From Okamejei kenojei (Eukaryota), in NCBI GenBank assembly GCA_035221665.1, contig CM069163.1, forward strand, positions 18,848,001-18,912,000: 64,000 nucleotides of DNA, in the 5' to 3' direction. Positions 1-12,767 of the stretch are shown piece after piece. Position 1 is the first letter of the stretch. Every line of letters starts with the position of its first letter. The notes under the pieces are model-generated. The model did not search any database. It was not told the origin of the DNA and saw nothing but the letters and a program-made list of their open reading frames with translations. Made by a program: the position numbers and the translations under genes.

Positions 1-280
1 ACACTGTTGAGTGCATTTTGGCAGCAAGCTTTCGCCATTCTGTTCGGTCATGTGCGACGTCTTCCACCCTCAAAAGGTTTGCGTCCCGGGCTTCCAAATC
101 CTTCTGGAATGTTCGCCTCCATGTGACTTTTGGTCAGCCTCTTTTCCTTCTTCCGTCAGCTTGCCAGGTCATTGCTATCTTAGGTGCACGTTCTGGTGAC
201 ATTCTGAGTATGTGTCCTGCAAATTTCATCCTGCATACCTCTATGTCCTGGCTGAGAGGCTTTGCTGCAGTTTCCTGGTA
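1..280 (-). mobile_element. RTE-clade LINE 3' fragment (degenerate RT C-terminus)
   Basis: The minus strand reads ...MKFAGHILRMSPERAPKIAMTWQADGRRKRG*PKVTWRRTF...VAHDRTEWRKL. This matches the RTE C-terminal pattern (GH.LR, GKRKRGRP..TW.R, A.DR..WR) and contains an internal stop. Confidence 0.7.
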
Positions 281-802
281 GATACAGAATTATACAGAAT
301 AGTATTCCATAGAGTGAACATTTTTCCAATTACATATATCGCATCTTGAATAAATTGTTAAACGGAAGGGCGTGCCTTCAATATGCGACAGGGGAAAGAG
401 CATATTGTACATATTATAAATAATGATATATGCTTTATGCATCGTTATATAATACATAGCTGCATCTTGCATATCTTCTTAATGAGTATTTTGCATTTCA
501 AATTATACATATTCTGCTCAAGCTTCACTTCTGGGATTTGTGGCATTGAAATCTATCATCGGGTTGCTGTTTTTGTAGCTGTCATTTCATAAATTCTATC
601 CACATGCCCTGTGATTGCTTGTGGCCCTCATTTTAGGAGGGAAAAAAAAACTTCTTAAACAGAATGTAAATTTCCTGCGAGGAATCACGGTGCCCTGTGC
701 AATAATGTGCAGATGTTATCGCAATGTTGTCATATCAGAGGCTGAGAATAAGATCCCTCATTTTAAAAAAAAAGAAAGCTGTGTGGTCCACTTTAACTTA
801 TC

Positions 803-926
803 GAAGGGTCTCGACCCGAAACGTCGCCTATTCCCTTCGCTCCATAGATGCTGCCTCACCCGCTGAGTTTCTCCAGCATTTTTGTCTACCTTCGATTTTC
901 CAGCATCTGCAGTTCCTTCGTAAACA
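803..926 (+). mobile_element. Penelope-derived hammerhead-type mini-element (5'-truncated copy)
   Basis: GAAGGGTCTCGACCCGAAACGTC...GATGCTGCCTCACCCGCTGAGTTTCTCCAGCA...CCAGCATCTGCAGTTCC, the same unit seen about 20 times in the window. Confidence 0.65.
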
Positions 927-2067
927 ATGAATGGAAATGGTCTCTTTCCTGTCAGGTCGTTAGAGATGCAGTGAAATGCTTGTTCTGCATACGATCCGTC
1001 AACTTATACTATACTGGAGTACAATAGATCCTCTCCTGAAACAGCACACAGAGTTGCCACGTTCTGGTGCTATCTTGCACCTTCCAGGTCTCTGAGAAAT
1101 CAGACCTCTAAGTCTGAGGAGGCATGCAAATTTTTATATTTCTCACTTTTAAGCCCTGTGTTCTGTCGGCTCTGGATGAATGAAGTAGGGTTGGCCTGGC
1201 CCAGGGTGATGCTGTCTGCTCCTTCCACTGACATTTCCGTGCAGCTGCCCTAGGCTGCGCTCAATCCACTTGCTCATCTGGTTGCTTGATGTAGGGCCTC
1301 TCGTGGCTGTCTCTGCCACCACCACGTCTCGACACCATCATGAACATGCTCTCCAGCAGCCCCTTCTTACTAATGTGCACCGTGGTCGACATAACCTGCT
1401 TCCTGAGCTGATCTTGGACATTTGAGGAGATGAGTTGGAACCACTGACTTTTCCCCTCTCACCTTCCACCACACAAATTAATTATGCAGTGATTTGCAAT
1501 GCCCCGGCTGATGATATTCTTTATAATACATTAATGCAGCATCCTTGGTAGAGTAAAGTTCCAGAGCGTAATTGGCACTTGTGAAGTTGAAAGATGATTA
1601 CAAGTTAAAATTATAGACAAATCCCAATTCTCCGACAGAGATGTGATATTGTCATGTCTCACTCCTTTGACGTCTGATTGCGAGACAGATACTAATTTCT
1701 GAAAATACTGCGCAAAGCTGACTAAAAGATGTCATTGAGCAAGAAGGGTGTCACAGGCTTTAACAAGAGGTCTGATTCATTTGGTGGAATACCTCCCTGT
1801 TTGATCACAGTGCCTTTTCTGGACAGCAGCTTGTGTAGGGTTGGAGCGGTCGGATGTTTTACAAGTGCATTGTGAAATGGACGAGGAAAGGTATCAAAAT
1901 TAGACTATAATTCCTGAAAATTCTCTCGGTTCTGATTCTACTGATGATACTCTTTTCTGAGTCAGATGGTTGTGGGCTATAGGTTCCTCTCCAGACTCTT
2001 GTCCACAAAGGACTGGCCCTTCAGTGCAGTGCTGAGTGACCACTGCACTATTGGAGGCGCAGTCTTA

Positions 2068-2110
2068 AGGGCCTGTCCCACGTACGCGACCGTTACAGGC
2101 GACTGCCGGT
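2068..2110. mobile_element. Left end of a PIF/Harbinger-like MITE (truncated)
   Basis: TTA followed by AGGGCCTGTCCCAC, the same TIR as at 2779, 10262 and 49238. It is cut off by the adjacent CR1 tail. Confidence 0.55.
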
Positions 2111-2111
2111 A

Positions 2112-2389
2112 CACAATAGACAATGGGTGCAGGAGTAGGTCATTCGGCCCTTTGAACCAGCACCGCCATTCAATGTGATCATGGCTGATCATCCCCAATC
2201 AGTACCCCGTTCCTGCCTTCTCCCCATATCCCCTGACTCTGCTATTTTTAAGAGCCCTATCTAGCTCTCTCTTGAAAGCATCCAGAGAATCTGCCTCCAC
2301 CGCCCTCTGGGGCAGAGAACTCCACCGACTCACCACTCTCTGTGAGAAAAAGTGTTTCCTCATCTCCGTTCTAAATGGCTTACCCCTTA
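2112..2389 (-). mobile_element. CR1 LINE 3' end
   Basis: Reverse complement of the CR1 3' end seen at 6397-6702 and 57687-58216 (FSQRVV..W.SLP; GYGEKAG; CTATTGT tail). Confidence 0.85.
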
Positions 2390-2778
2390 ATCAATATCAC
2401 AAACCAGGTTGTGTGTACATTATCATATTGCTGTTTTGTTTGGAGCGTGCTTACATTTCTTGTCCTGCTTCTTGTGTTACTTTATTGCCACTGTAAACGT
2501 ACTTTATTTACTGTTAACATTTTAGGCTGTTTGAGGTTGCAAAAGATGCAAAAAAAAGCAAGTGTTTCTTTTTATGGAATTCAGTATTTCGAATTTAGTT
2601 TGATTCTATATGAAAGCTCACACTAGATGTCATCGGGTTCATGTTTCCATGGTGTGGTGAGCACCGCAACCTTCTTTGCACAGATGTTTGTCTGGCCAGC
2701 TTCTTTCTTCGATCTATAGTGAGCTAGATGATCGCAACTAGGAAAAGATGGGGGGAAAGGCTGGGACTCTGACTGTTA

Positions 2779-3419
2779 AGGGCCTGTCCCACTTACGTGT
2801 CCTTGGCACACAAATTACGCGACTTCATGGTCACGTTGGGCCGCGACGGTCCCGCGAAGGTCGTGCGCGATTCCATGCGTACGCACAGCCGTCTGGAGCA
2901 TGTGACGTCATTTGAAGATGGACACAAAGCTGGAGTGACTCAGCGGGACCGGCAGCATCTCCGTAGAGAAGCAATGGATGATGTTTCGGGTCGAGACCTT
3001 TCTTCAGTCTGAAAAGAAGGCTCTTGACCTGGAACGTCACCCAGTGCTTCTCTCCAGAGATGCTGCCGGTCCCGCTGAGTTACTCCAGCATTTTGAGTCT
3101 ATCTTCAATTTTCTTGGCCCCGCTCTGGGAGTAGAAGTGGGTGCGGATCCGGATTGCAACGGAGGTGAGACGTTGCGTCGCGCCAGGGTCTTGGGCCTGT
3201 CCCACTTTGGCCGTCAGTTACGCGACAGGCCGTTGGCGCGCAAAGTTTTTGTTCACTACAAAAATTTCGGAGCCCCGCGCAATGTCGCGCACAACTCCAT
3301 ACCCCTCCGCGCTTCTCAGTAGGACCGGCCACGCGCGGCCACACGATGCCCGTGCGCCTCAACGTGACCACGAGGTTGCGTAATTTGTGTGTCAAGGACA
3401 CATAAGTGGGACAGGCCCT
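2779..3419. mobile_element. PIF/Harbinger-like palindromic MITE with nested hammerhead-type palindrome
   Basis: Long imperfect TIRs AGGGCCTGTCCCACTTACGTGTCCTTGGCACACAAATTACGC / GCGTAATTTGTGTGTCAAGGACACATAAGTGGGACAGGCCCT, flanked by TTA and TAA. An extra internal TIR copy lies near 3193. Confidence 0.7.
2912..3108. mobile_element. Fold-back (tail-to-tail) Penelope-derived mini-element
   Basis: Arms of about 95 bp (TTGAAGATGGACACAAAGCTGGAG... / ...CTCCAGCATTTTGAGTCTATCTTCAA) centred on TCTTCAGTCTGAA near 3008. Confidence 0.7.
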
Positions 3420-3468
3420 TAAGGTTCCACTAATGGATAGTCTGAACAGTTTGTGTAGTCTGATAGGC

Positions 3469-3600
3469 TCAGTCAGAGGAAGGGTCCTGACCCGAAATGT
3501 CACCTATCTGTGTTCTCCAGAAATGCCTGACCCGCTGAATTACTCCAGCACTATGTGTCTTTTTTTGTAAACTAGCATCTGCAGTTCCTTGTTTCCACAC
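3469..3600 (+). mobile_element. Penelope-derived mini-element copy (degenerate core)
   Basis: CAGAGGAAGGGTCCTGACCCGAAATGTC...CCTGACCCGCTGAATTACTCCAGCA...CAGCATCTGCAGTTCC. Confidence 0.65.
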
Positions 3601-4730
3601 GTCTGGATACGTTTGGGCTTTGCCAGGACACCCAAACTCCCCTCCAATTGTTTATTATTTTTTGTGTTATCTGATGGTGCCATCACTGGAGATTTTAAAG
3701 GAAATTGGAGGAACTACAGAGGGAGAAATAACTGAACGATGGCTGGTTCTAGTCGAGAAAAAACATAAGATTAGGAACCGGAAAGTGAAGATATGGGCAA
3801 AAGATTGGCAAAGATGCGGCATATTGGTCAGAATACAGGAGTTAGGCCAAAGGGCCTGTAGCTGTGATGGACGAGGTAGGCTAAAGGGCCTGTTTCTGTG
3901 CTGCACGACTTGGTGGCTCTTGCCCAAGGACCAACCTGGTAAAATAATCTAATATTTCCATAATGCCGAATGTGTAGATGAACACATCCAACTGCTCTTC
4001 CCTCATACTGGAGAACAAGTGGACATGCCAGATGTCTTTCTTGATGGTGGAGGCAGCATTGTAGGCTCTGCCAGCATTGCTTGCAGACATTACTGGCTTT
4101 GTACATTGATGAGATGCTCTTGGCCCACAATCCATGGGTCCCAGCTGCAGCCTACAATTAGACAAACTGATTGGCTGCCGCATGAGCAGGACACTGACGT
4201 TTTTCACTTGCAGGAAAACACTTGGAATGAGGGCAGGGGGTGATAGACAGACGGGGCAGAGTATCTGGCCTGGCCTGCCAACCAACTCGCTTATAATTGC
4301 AGTGAGCAACAGCTAATCTCTTTGACCAGCTTGCAGCAGTTTTGAACATCTTCCTTTTGAATAAACCTTTCCAACCTAGACCACACTGATACCCTAACCA
4401 TAGTCGAGGACTGTGTTATATTGTTTGACACCAGCTTGCCTTTCTTAAATGAAAGCACTTCTCATCACATTGTGTGTTTTCCTGGTGAGTTACATTATAT
4501 AATTATTTCAGATCTACTTAAGGGTGTAACATGGTTGTCCACTATCTTGCCAATAGCCTCTGTGACCCGGAAGTGCTTGTATTTGCTCCATCCTTTACAT
4601 CCTTGTAATATTTATTTAAGAGTTCCAGTAAACCAGAGTAAACCAGTGCGTCACTGAGTATTAACCTTTATGCTTCAACTTAAAACTTCAAAACGGGCCA
4701 TCTGCAGGTCGAGAACAAAGGAGGAATCGT

Positions 4731-4731
<1 letters not shown>

Positions 4732-4769
<38 letters not shown>
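4732..4769 (+). repeat. Poly-G tract (38 nt)
   Basis: Uninterrupted G run. Confidence 0.95.
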
Positions 4770-4770
<1 letters not shown>

Positions 4771-5347
4771 AGAGGCCTGTCGTGTAGTGGGGGGAGGCCT
4801 GGTATCGGGGGTGGGACGGTTCGGTGAACTTTTGTTGGCGCCAAAAGATAGTGACACTTTTGTATTGCCTAGGTGAGGTTTGCTACATGATTTTACCAGG
4901 TTGTACACAAAACAAAACATTTCACAGCACCTATGCACATGTGACAACAAAGTAGTGAATCGAATCATTGTATTCTATTGATGCTGGTGTTTAAACTGCA
5001 TGTGAGCTATTCACACCTTGCTTCATTTCTCCCCATGCAAATAATCCAGATGTCCAGTCTAGTAATCAAGGGATTGGAGTTCAAATTCATTGCAGCGAGT
5101 GGGTAATTAGTTTAATCAGGAAGAGAAATCTGTACCTGACTGATCTATCTTGATTCTTGCATGCCCTTCGAAATGACCTGGCAAGTATCTTTTTATTCAA
5201 AATAACTCTAAGCATTGCAGTATGAAGGGCACCGTGCACTGTTGCAGGTGAGTCTCTGATGAAATGTTAGACTAATGCCCTGTCTGCTCTCTCAGCCACG
5301 CGAGACCACTCTTCATTATATCAAAGAAGAGAAAATCATTTTCATGG

Positions 5348-5598
5348 ATAGACACAAAGGCCGGTGTAATTCAGAGGGACAGGCAGCATCTCTGGATAGG
5401 AGGAATGGGTGACATTTCGGGTCGACGCCCTTCTTCAGACTGAAAGTCAGGGGAGAGGGGAAACGAGAGATATGGAAGAAGGGTCTCAACCCAAAACGTC
5501 ATCCATTACTTCTATCCAGAGATGTTGCCTGATTTACTCCAGCATTTAGTATCTATCTTTGGTGTAAACCAGCATCTGCAGTTCGTTGCTATACATAT
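5348..5598. mobile_element. Inverted-pair Penelope-derived mini-element with spacer
   Basis: A minus-strand unit (core at 5411-5438) and a purine-rich spacer, followed by a plus-strand unit ending CCAGCATCTGCAGTTC. Confidence 0.65.
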
Positions 5599-6396
5599 AA
5601 TTTCCTGGCTTTTATTTACCCTTTATTCAACACTCAGATTCACAGAGCAGTGCAACATGGAAACAGGCCCTTCGGCCCAATTTACCCATGCCAGCCAAGT
5701 AGGCATTCTAGGCTAGTCCAATATGTTGCATTTGACCCATATCCCTCTAATTTTCTTCCTATCCATATAACTGTTGAAATATCTTCTGAAAGTCATCCTT
5801 GTATCTGCTTCTATGGCTTCCTCTGGCAGATATGGGTTATGCCAGATATGGGTTACTCTCTGAGTGGAAAAAGCTGTCTCTCTGGTCGCTCTTAAATCTC
5901 CCAACTAAAACCTCTGCTCTATGGGGAAAGAGACTGAGAGTGATCACTTTACCCATAGCCCTCATGAATTTGTATACTTCAATAAGGACATTCCTCGGCC
6001 TCCTACACTCTGAGGCGAAAAAAAGTTCCAGCCTATCCAGAAAAAGATGATTATTTATGAAAAAATTGTATTATTCTGTCATTATTGTATTGCAGTACAG
6101 ATCACCTGTTGCATTTGCAATATTACAGCAATGAATACACTTCAAAAGCACTTCGTAAAATGTTTTGGGATATTCTGTAAGAGGTGGGAAATGGCTATCC
6201 AAATGCATTCTTTACCAGCATTCCAAGCTTTGCCTTAAACATATCAACACAGCTTTCCCTAACCATTCTGTAGGGCAGTGTCATATTTTCCACATTTTCC
6301 TCACTATCTATCTCACTGCACCAGAGAATATCTCTGTGCGCAAGACTTTAGAAACTCCAGAAATCCTCATCGTAAAACCATGAATTGATTGCAGCT

Positions 6397-6702
6397 GGGA
6401 GTCCAGAACCAGGGGTCACAGTTTAAGAATAAGGGGTAAGCCATTTAGAACGGAGACGAGGAAAAACCTTTTCACACAGAGTGTTGTGAATCTGGAATTC
6501 TCTGCCTCATAGGGCGGTGGAGGCTGGTACTCTGGATGCTTTCAAGAGAGAGCTAGACAGAGCTCTTAAAGATAGCGGAGTCAAGGGATATGGGGAGAAG
6601 GCAGGAACGGGTTACTGATTTTGGATGATCAGGCATGATCACATTGAATGGCGGTGCTGGCTCATATGGCCGAATGGCCTACTCTTACATCTATTGTCTA
6701 TT
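6397..6702 (+). mobile_element. CR1 LINE 3' end
   Basis: ESRTRGHSLRIRGKPFRTETR..FTQ.VV coding remnant, CR1 3'UTR and CTATTGT tail. Confidence 0.85.
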
Positions 6703-6997
6703 TTGAGGGATTTGAAAGGGTTAATAATAGTTGTTGGGAGCACAGATGCTAATTAGATGCTTTGATTGTGGGAAGTTCACAAGTTGCCGAATGAATGTAA
6801 TATTTTGTGGTTAACAAAACATACGCTCTGCATTTGTGTTTGCAAATCCCTTTAAAGGTCAGTGACACAGAAGATGTGGAAAGCTGAGTTACATGATTTG
6901 TGGAGTGGAGCACAACATATCCTGTGCAGTCAAGGCAAGGAAGGGTTAGCTCAGTCTTGTTACCATATGGGAATATCATTACCGGGGATCATAATAC

Positions 6998-7781
6998 CAG
7001 ACTATTATTTAAATGGTGGCCGATTAGGAAAAGGGGAGATGCAGCGAGACCTGGGTGTCATGGTACACCAGTCATTGAAAGTAGGCATGCAGGTGCAGCA
7101 GGCAGTGAAAAAAGCGAATGGTATGTTAGCTTTCATAGCAAAAGGATTTGAGTACAGGAGCAGGGAGGTTCTACTTCAGTTGTACAGGGTCTTGGTGAGA
7201 CCACACCTGGAGTATTGCGTGCAGTTTTGGTCTCCAAATCTGAGGAAGGACATTATTGCCATAGAGGGAGTGCAGAGAAGGTTCACCAGACTGATTCCTG
7301 GGATGTCAGGACTGTCTTATGAAGAAAGACTGGATAGACTCGGTTTATACTCTCTGGAATTTAGGAGATTAAGAGGGGATTTTATAGAAACTTACAAAAT
7401 TCTTAAGGGGTTGGACAGGCTAGATGCAGGAAGATTGTTCCCGATGTTGGGGAAGTCCAGGACAAGGGGTCACAGCTTTAGGATAAGGGGGAAATCCTTT
7501 AAGACCGAGATGAGAAAGACTTTTTTCACACAGAGAGTGGTGAGTCTCTGGAACTCTCTGCCACAGAGGGTAGTTGAGGCCAGTTCATTGGCTATATTTA
7601 AGAGTGAGTTGGATGTGGCCCTTGTGGCTAAGGGGATCAGAGGGTATGGAGAGAAGGCAGGTACGGGATACTGAGTTGGATGATCAGCCATGATCATATT
7701 GAATGACGGTGCAGGCTCGAAGGGCTGAATGGCCTACTCCTGCACCTAATTTCTATGTTTCTATGTTTCTATGTTTCTATG
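6998..7781 (+). mobile_element. Young 5'-truncated CR1 LINE (ORF2 RT C-terminus, uninterrupted for about 225 codons)
   Basis: ORF 6862-7674 contains QRDLGV, KKANGMLAFI, LVRPHLEYCVQFWSP, RRLRGD, RTRGH and FFTQRVV.LWNSLP. It ends in a (TTTCTATG)n tail. Confidence 0.95.
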
Positions 7782-8654
7782 ATCCTGGGCACCATCAAGG
7801 TCCATGTCACTTGAGGACAGGAAACTAGGTAAAACATTGCTAGAACAAAGCAGCGCACGTATGATATGGGCAATAGTTTGAATAATTAATTAAGTTGTAA
7901 CCAGATTAATGAAGCAAGTTTGGATGGAATTGCGCCTCTGTGCACATGGTAAGGTCAAGCCAACGTGATGGGAGAGATGGAGAAATCGCATTGATTGGTG
8001 TTGAGGAATTGTTGCCCAGGCGATAAAATGCAATGATGCTGTTCCTTATGAACCCAGCATACAAGCTCCTGGTTTAAACATCATGAAACCAATGCAGATT
8101 AACATTGCTGGCATGGTTCTTTTCCTCTTTATATTTCCCAAGCAAGTTCCACACGGATTACACAGGAGCCCATGTATTCCGAGTCTAGTGGATGACTTGG
8201 CTAAGGACTCTCCTCATTTTGGAGGCAAAGTAGCTCTAAAGTGATGCTCTTGGCAATGAAAGATCTACAGTTTGTAAGCCCTCCTGTAAACTCAGCAAAA
8301 TAGCATTGGATTTTCACAGTCTAAGGACAGGTGTCCTTAGATCTGCTGCCAGGTACCAGGTAAACAAATACAGCCTATTCCATGTTTGGGTTGTTGGCAA
8401 CTAAACTGACATTGTCGAGCCAGGCTAGCCCAGGTGCAAAGGAGGTGCAGACTCCCAGTGAGTCTGAAACCGTCCTGTCAAAGTGGAGATGAATGACCCT
8501 TGAGCACTGGCCATTTGTACCTGGAGAGAAGATGGATATCAATGAATCAAAGCGGCTCTAAACTGCTCACACTGGATCATTTGAGCCAACACTTGGTGAA
8601 ACAAGATGAGCATCTGAGATTTATGGCAGCATCTTTTGTACGTCCTCTGAGCGA

Positions 8655-8800
8655 GGGCTGTATGTATGTAGTGATGTTTGTATTTAATCTATGAACCACT
8701 ATTGTTTGTTGTACTATTCTTATACCAATATAAAGCACTTTGGCCGATGAGAGTTGTTTTTTAAATGTGCTATATAAATAAAAGTGACTTGTCTTGATCT
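8655..8800 (+). mobile_element. LINE (L2-like) 3' UTR remnant
   Basis: AAGCACTTTGG...TGTGCTATATAAATAAA followed by a GACTT-like tail, typical of fish L2-type 3' ends. Confidence 0.4.
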
Positions 8801-9989
8801 AAGTGATCCATGATCGAAGTTGCATCCATCAAGAGTGTTTAATGTCATATATATTGAAATAGAATAATGGATAATTGACATTTGTGCTTGCAGTGTTGAC
8901 CTACATCAACGTTAACTCAACCACACAATATTGGCAGCAAGCATGTATCAGCTGTTCCACATTGCACTTTTTGCCTGATAGAATAACAAATGGCTTGGCT
9001 CAGTGTGAACTACGCGGCAGATCCTGTGCCCCATCAATGATGCCTCCAGAATCAGTGCATTGGTGGAGGTTCAGAATGCATTCAAACAGATGAGATGTGC
9101 AGTGCACGATGTGCAGTGGTCAATGTCTGACAAACTGCTAACCAACAAGTTCTGAAAGATTGGACAAATGGAAAGGAAATGTTGGCTTGGAAATTAATGG
9201 CACTGAATAAGAAAGGCACTTGGTAATGGATCCCCTAGAAGTGAAAAGCTTATATCTGCATAAGGACCATTAAATCATTGATCTGCTTTAAAAAAAACTT
9301 CATCTAGTTCACTAAGTCCTTTGGGGGAAGGAGGTCCTGATCATTTTTTTAAAAGTAAAAAAAAATTCATCTGTATCCCAGCTGGAGAAAGAATTTGGGG
9401 AGGACAGTAAATGCTGACAGCTCATACATAAAACGTGTAAAATGCCTGACATTTTGCATCATGATTGGTAAACGGTGATTAAAAATGTGAATTATGGACT
9501 ATATTTCTTTGCACCATTGGTTCAAAAAAGTTCTCAAATAACAAAAACATAATTTCTGCATGAATTGCAAACCATGATTAAGAACAGATGGAACAACAAG
9601 ATGGGATCCAAAACAAAACCCCACTGGTTTTAAAAAAAACCTGGTATCTCTTAATCAAAACCAGGATTTGATTAATTCTGATCTTATGATCAACACATCC
9701 CTGTTGTCCTGCCATAGGCTCACAGGTTGTGTCATTAAGTCCCAAAGGCTTATTGTCTCCTTCAAGAGGATCTTGCCACCTTGGTCTGCAACCATAAAAT
9801 ATATGTCTCTGAGTCAAACTTTATATGATGCTGCTCCTGGTGAGGTCCTTGGGATAATTGGTTATGTTGGAGATGTTTTAAATACAAGTAGTGGTTGGAA
9901 TGCATGTACTGTCAATCATGGGCCCTACCTTCAGGATGTCAATGTAGGGATAAACCTTAACAGGACCGTCTCAAAAATAATACTGTCTC

Positions 9990-10432
9990 TAGTTCAGTTT
10001 AGAGATACAGCGCAGTGACAGGCCCTTCAGCCCACCTAATCAGTGCTGGGCAGTGATCTCCGCACGCCAACACTATACTACACACACTAGGGACAATTTA
10101 CAATTATACCAAGCCAATTAACCTACAAACCTGTACGGCTTTGGAATGTGGAAGGAAACCAGTGCTCCCTGAGAAAACCCACGCAGGTCACGGGGAGAAC
10201 ATACAAACTCCATACACACAGCAGCCTTAATCAGATCGAACTTGGGTCTCAGGCGCTGTAAAGGGCCTGTCCCACTTGCGCGTCACGCGAAGATTTTGTA
10301 CATCTCACAATCGTGGGGTGCCGCGCGCGAACGTACGTCACCACGCACCATGCGGACGTCATGCTTCGTGACGTGCAAATGACGTCCGTGTGTGACAGGC
10401 TCTTTAGGCAGCAACTCTTTTGCTGCACCATA
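9990..10432 (-). mobile_element. V-SINE (HE1-like, tRNA-derived) interrupted by a MITE
   Basis: Reverse complement of the V-domain GGAGTTTGTATGTTCTCCCCGTGACCTGCGTGGGTTTT, B-box-like GTTCGATC and a TAAAC-like tail. Confidence 0.8.
10262..10403. mobile_element. PIF/Harbinger-like MITE nested in a SINE
   Basis: AGGGCCTGTCCCAC...GTGTGACAGGCTCT inserted into the SINE motif GCTG-TAA-GGCAGC; flanked by TAA and TTA. Confidence 0.7.
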
Positions 10433-10883
10433 ACATAATTTCTACCCATTTGCCACATTTCTGTCTTGCCTATTAGCAGTGTTAAGTAATTAAGAGTTGC
10501 TGCAAGAGTTCGGTTTCACTTGAAATTGCTAATTGTTGCTCATTAGCTGGAAATCTCAGTGAGTGCAAAATGAAATAGTTTCACAGGAAACCAGCAATGC
10601 GCTGATGGGTGGGGTCGCTGCTTGTGCCTGTTTGAGGAAAACAACAGAGCCCCCTCCAACCTGCCCTGCCGGCCGACTGCTCCCTCAGCCTTCATGTGGC
10701 TTTATCTCTTTCTCCTTTAAAGTTGGGAACTTCTGTGAAAGTGCATAACTACCGACCCTGGCCCGCTTGCACTCATCGCACACTGAGTCTGCAGAGTCAA
10801 CAAGTCATTTTGCCATGAAGGTTAAAAATGTATCATTCCTGTTCCTCCCAATCCCCTAGTAAACTCATATTTATACCAATGAC

Positions 10884-11066
10884 CGATACAAAATGCTGGA
10901 GCAGCACAGCGGATCGAGCAGCATCTCTAGATGATAGTCTGAACAAGGGTCCCGACTTGAAACATCACCTATCCATATTCTTCAGAGATGCTGCCTGACC
11001 CATTGAGTTGTTCCAGCATTTTGTGTCTATCTTTGATATAACCAGCATCTGCAGTTCATTTGTATT
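10884..11066. mobile_element. Fold-back Penelope-derived mini-element with 17-bp TSD
   Basis: Exact direct repeat ATATTTATACCAATGAC at 10867-10883 and 11067-11083. The core is mutated to CTGAACA. Confidence 0.75.
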
Positions 11067-11339
11067 ATATTTATACCAATGACATTGAGTTCAGTTATAA
11101 CGTGCAGAGTTTATATAAAAATACAATGATCTCAGAAGAGCCCTGGGCACTTTAGAGCTTTCTGAGTGTTTTGAAGTATAGTAACTATTGTAATGTAAGA
11201 AATACAGTAGTAATTTTTGTGCACAACCAAGATATCACAACCAAGATGGTAATAAAGACCAGAATATCAGTTGGATGAGAGACAGCAACAAAGTGATCTT
11301 CCGAACAGGACTAAGCCTAACATTACCAGCAGTGTAAAG

Positions 11340-11700
11340 AGCAAAATGCTGGAGGAGACACAAAGCATTGCAGGTGCTCGTTTAACAAAAAAGGCACAAG
11401 GTGCTGGAGTAACTCAGCGGATCAGGCAGCATCTCTAGAGAACATGGATAGGCGATGTTTCGGGTCGGGACCCTTCTTCAGACTGTTGTAGGGGGGTAAG
11501 GGAAGTGCAGAGAGAGGGTGTTGTGAAAGATGGTCTCGTAGAGCCTTTGTGGGGGAGAGGAGGAGAACTTCATCAAAGTAGGAATACCGTGAGGAGATAC
11601 TGCAGTGGAGCAGTAAAATGAGCTCAGCAGGCCAGCGGTACCTGTGGAGGGAAATGGACAATGTTTCAGGTGGGGACACTTTGTCAGATTCAACAAATTC
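11340..11700 (-). mobile_element. Cluster of Penelope-derived mini-element pieces
   Basis: Minus-strand core CTGAAGAAGGGTCCCGACCCGAAACATC at 11454-11481, plus degenerate copies on either side. Confidence 0.55.
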
Positions 11701-12189
11701 TCTCCACAGGAAAATGCTGAGCTGGTGATATAATGCTGGCGATAACCTTATAGGAACATTTGGCTCCTCACCTAAGAATGGACATGACAGCAGCAGCTAT
11801 TCCTTGCTGGGAAGTATGGGGTCAACTCAACTCTAATTCTGCTGAGTAAGCGAATGAACCCATCAGGGGTTCCCTGCGGGTTCAAAGGGAACCAACCAAA
11901 GATTACATTTTCCCTTTCCATTTATAATACTCTGCATGTCGCATCGTTTAAATGAGTTAAGGGCTATGAGTAAGTGGATTCATAAGGTGCACAGAAATAG
12001 GATGTTGCACATGATCAAGGCTCCTGTGATTATTTGTCACTGACCTTGTCTGTATTAGACATTAATGCAGGGAATAAACCAAGTTTAGCGGATGATTTTG
12101 TGTATCATTGCCGAAGTTAAGTGGGTAGTATTGATTCATTCTCCTGCTATACTTCATCAAACAGATTCCTGATATCATGGGTTTGTTGT

Positions 12190-12585
12190 ACAGGGAGGAT
12201 TTTCTAGAGCTTGGAAGAATGAGAGGTGATCTCGTTGAAACATATATAATTCTCTTAAGTTTGACGGGGTAGATGCAGAATGCTGCTTACCTAACTTGGG
12301 GTATCTAGAACACAGTCTTTAAATCGGGTTGGTCATTCTGAACTCGGGAAGAAGTTTGTTCACTTAAGGGGTTGGGAATTTCTCACCCCAAGTAGACTGT
12401 GGAGGATCAGCTGCTGAGTATGCAAACCAAAAGGTCGATAGATTTTGGGACATTGAGGATATCAAAGGGTCTGGGTTCGTGCAAGAAAGTGGCACTGACG
12501 CAAAAGATCAGCGACGATATTATTGATTGGCAGAGCAGGTGCGAGGAGCTGACTGACGCACTCCTGCTGATGTAGCTTATGTTCT
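12190..12585 (+). mobile_element. Old degenerate CR1 3' fragment
   Basis: GAAGAATGAGAGGTGATCTCGTTGAAACATATA (RRMRGDL.ETY) and a diverged 3' UTR. Confidence 0.6.
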
Positions 12586-12767
12586 GTCTGCTGAATGCAA
12601 AATGGAATGGAATGTACAGTGAGCAGCCGAGGCAGGACTGACTGCGTGATGCCATGAAGTGGAAAAAAACCTTTTCTCTCTCTGGGACATCCATTTTTGG
12701 CCTTGTTCTCAATGACATCTCAACTGTGGTATGAGCAATGCCTGGTATTGAAGAGGGAACCATTTAC

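Noticed and set aside
4670-4968. Poly-Gly/poly-Pro ORFs (also 14870 and 22023)
   Set aside because: Artefacts of G/C homopolymers.
6862-7674. 270-aa ORF as a host gene
   Set aside because: It is the C-terminus of CR1 ORF2 with an accidental upstream extension; near-identical copies occur elsewhere in the window.
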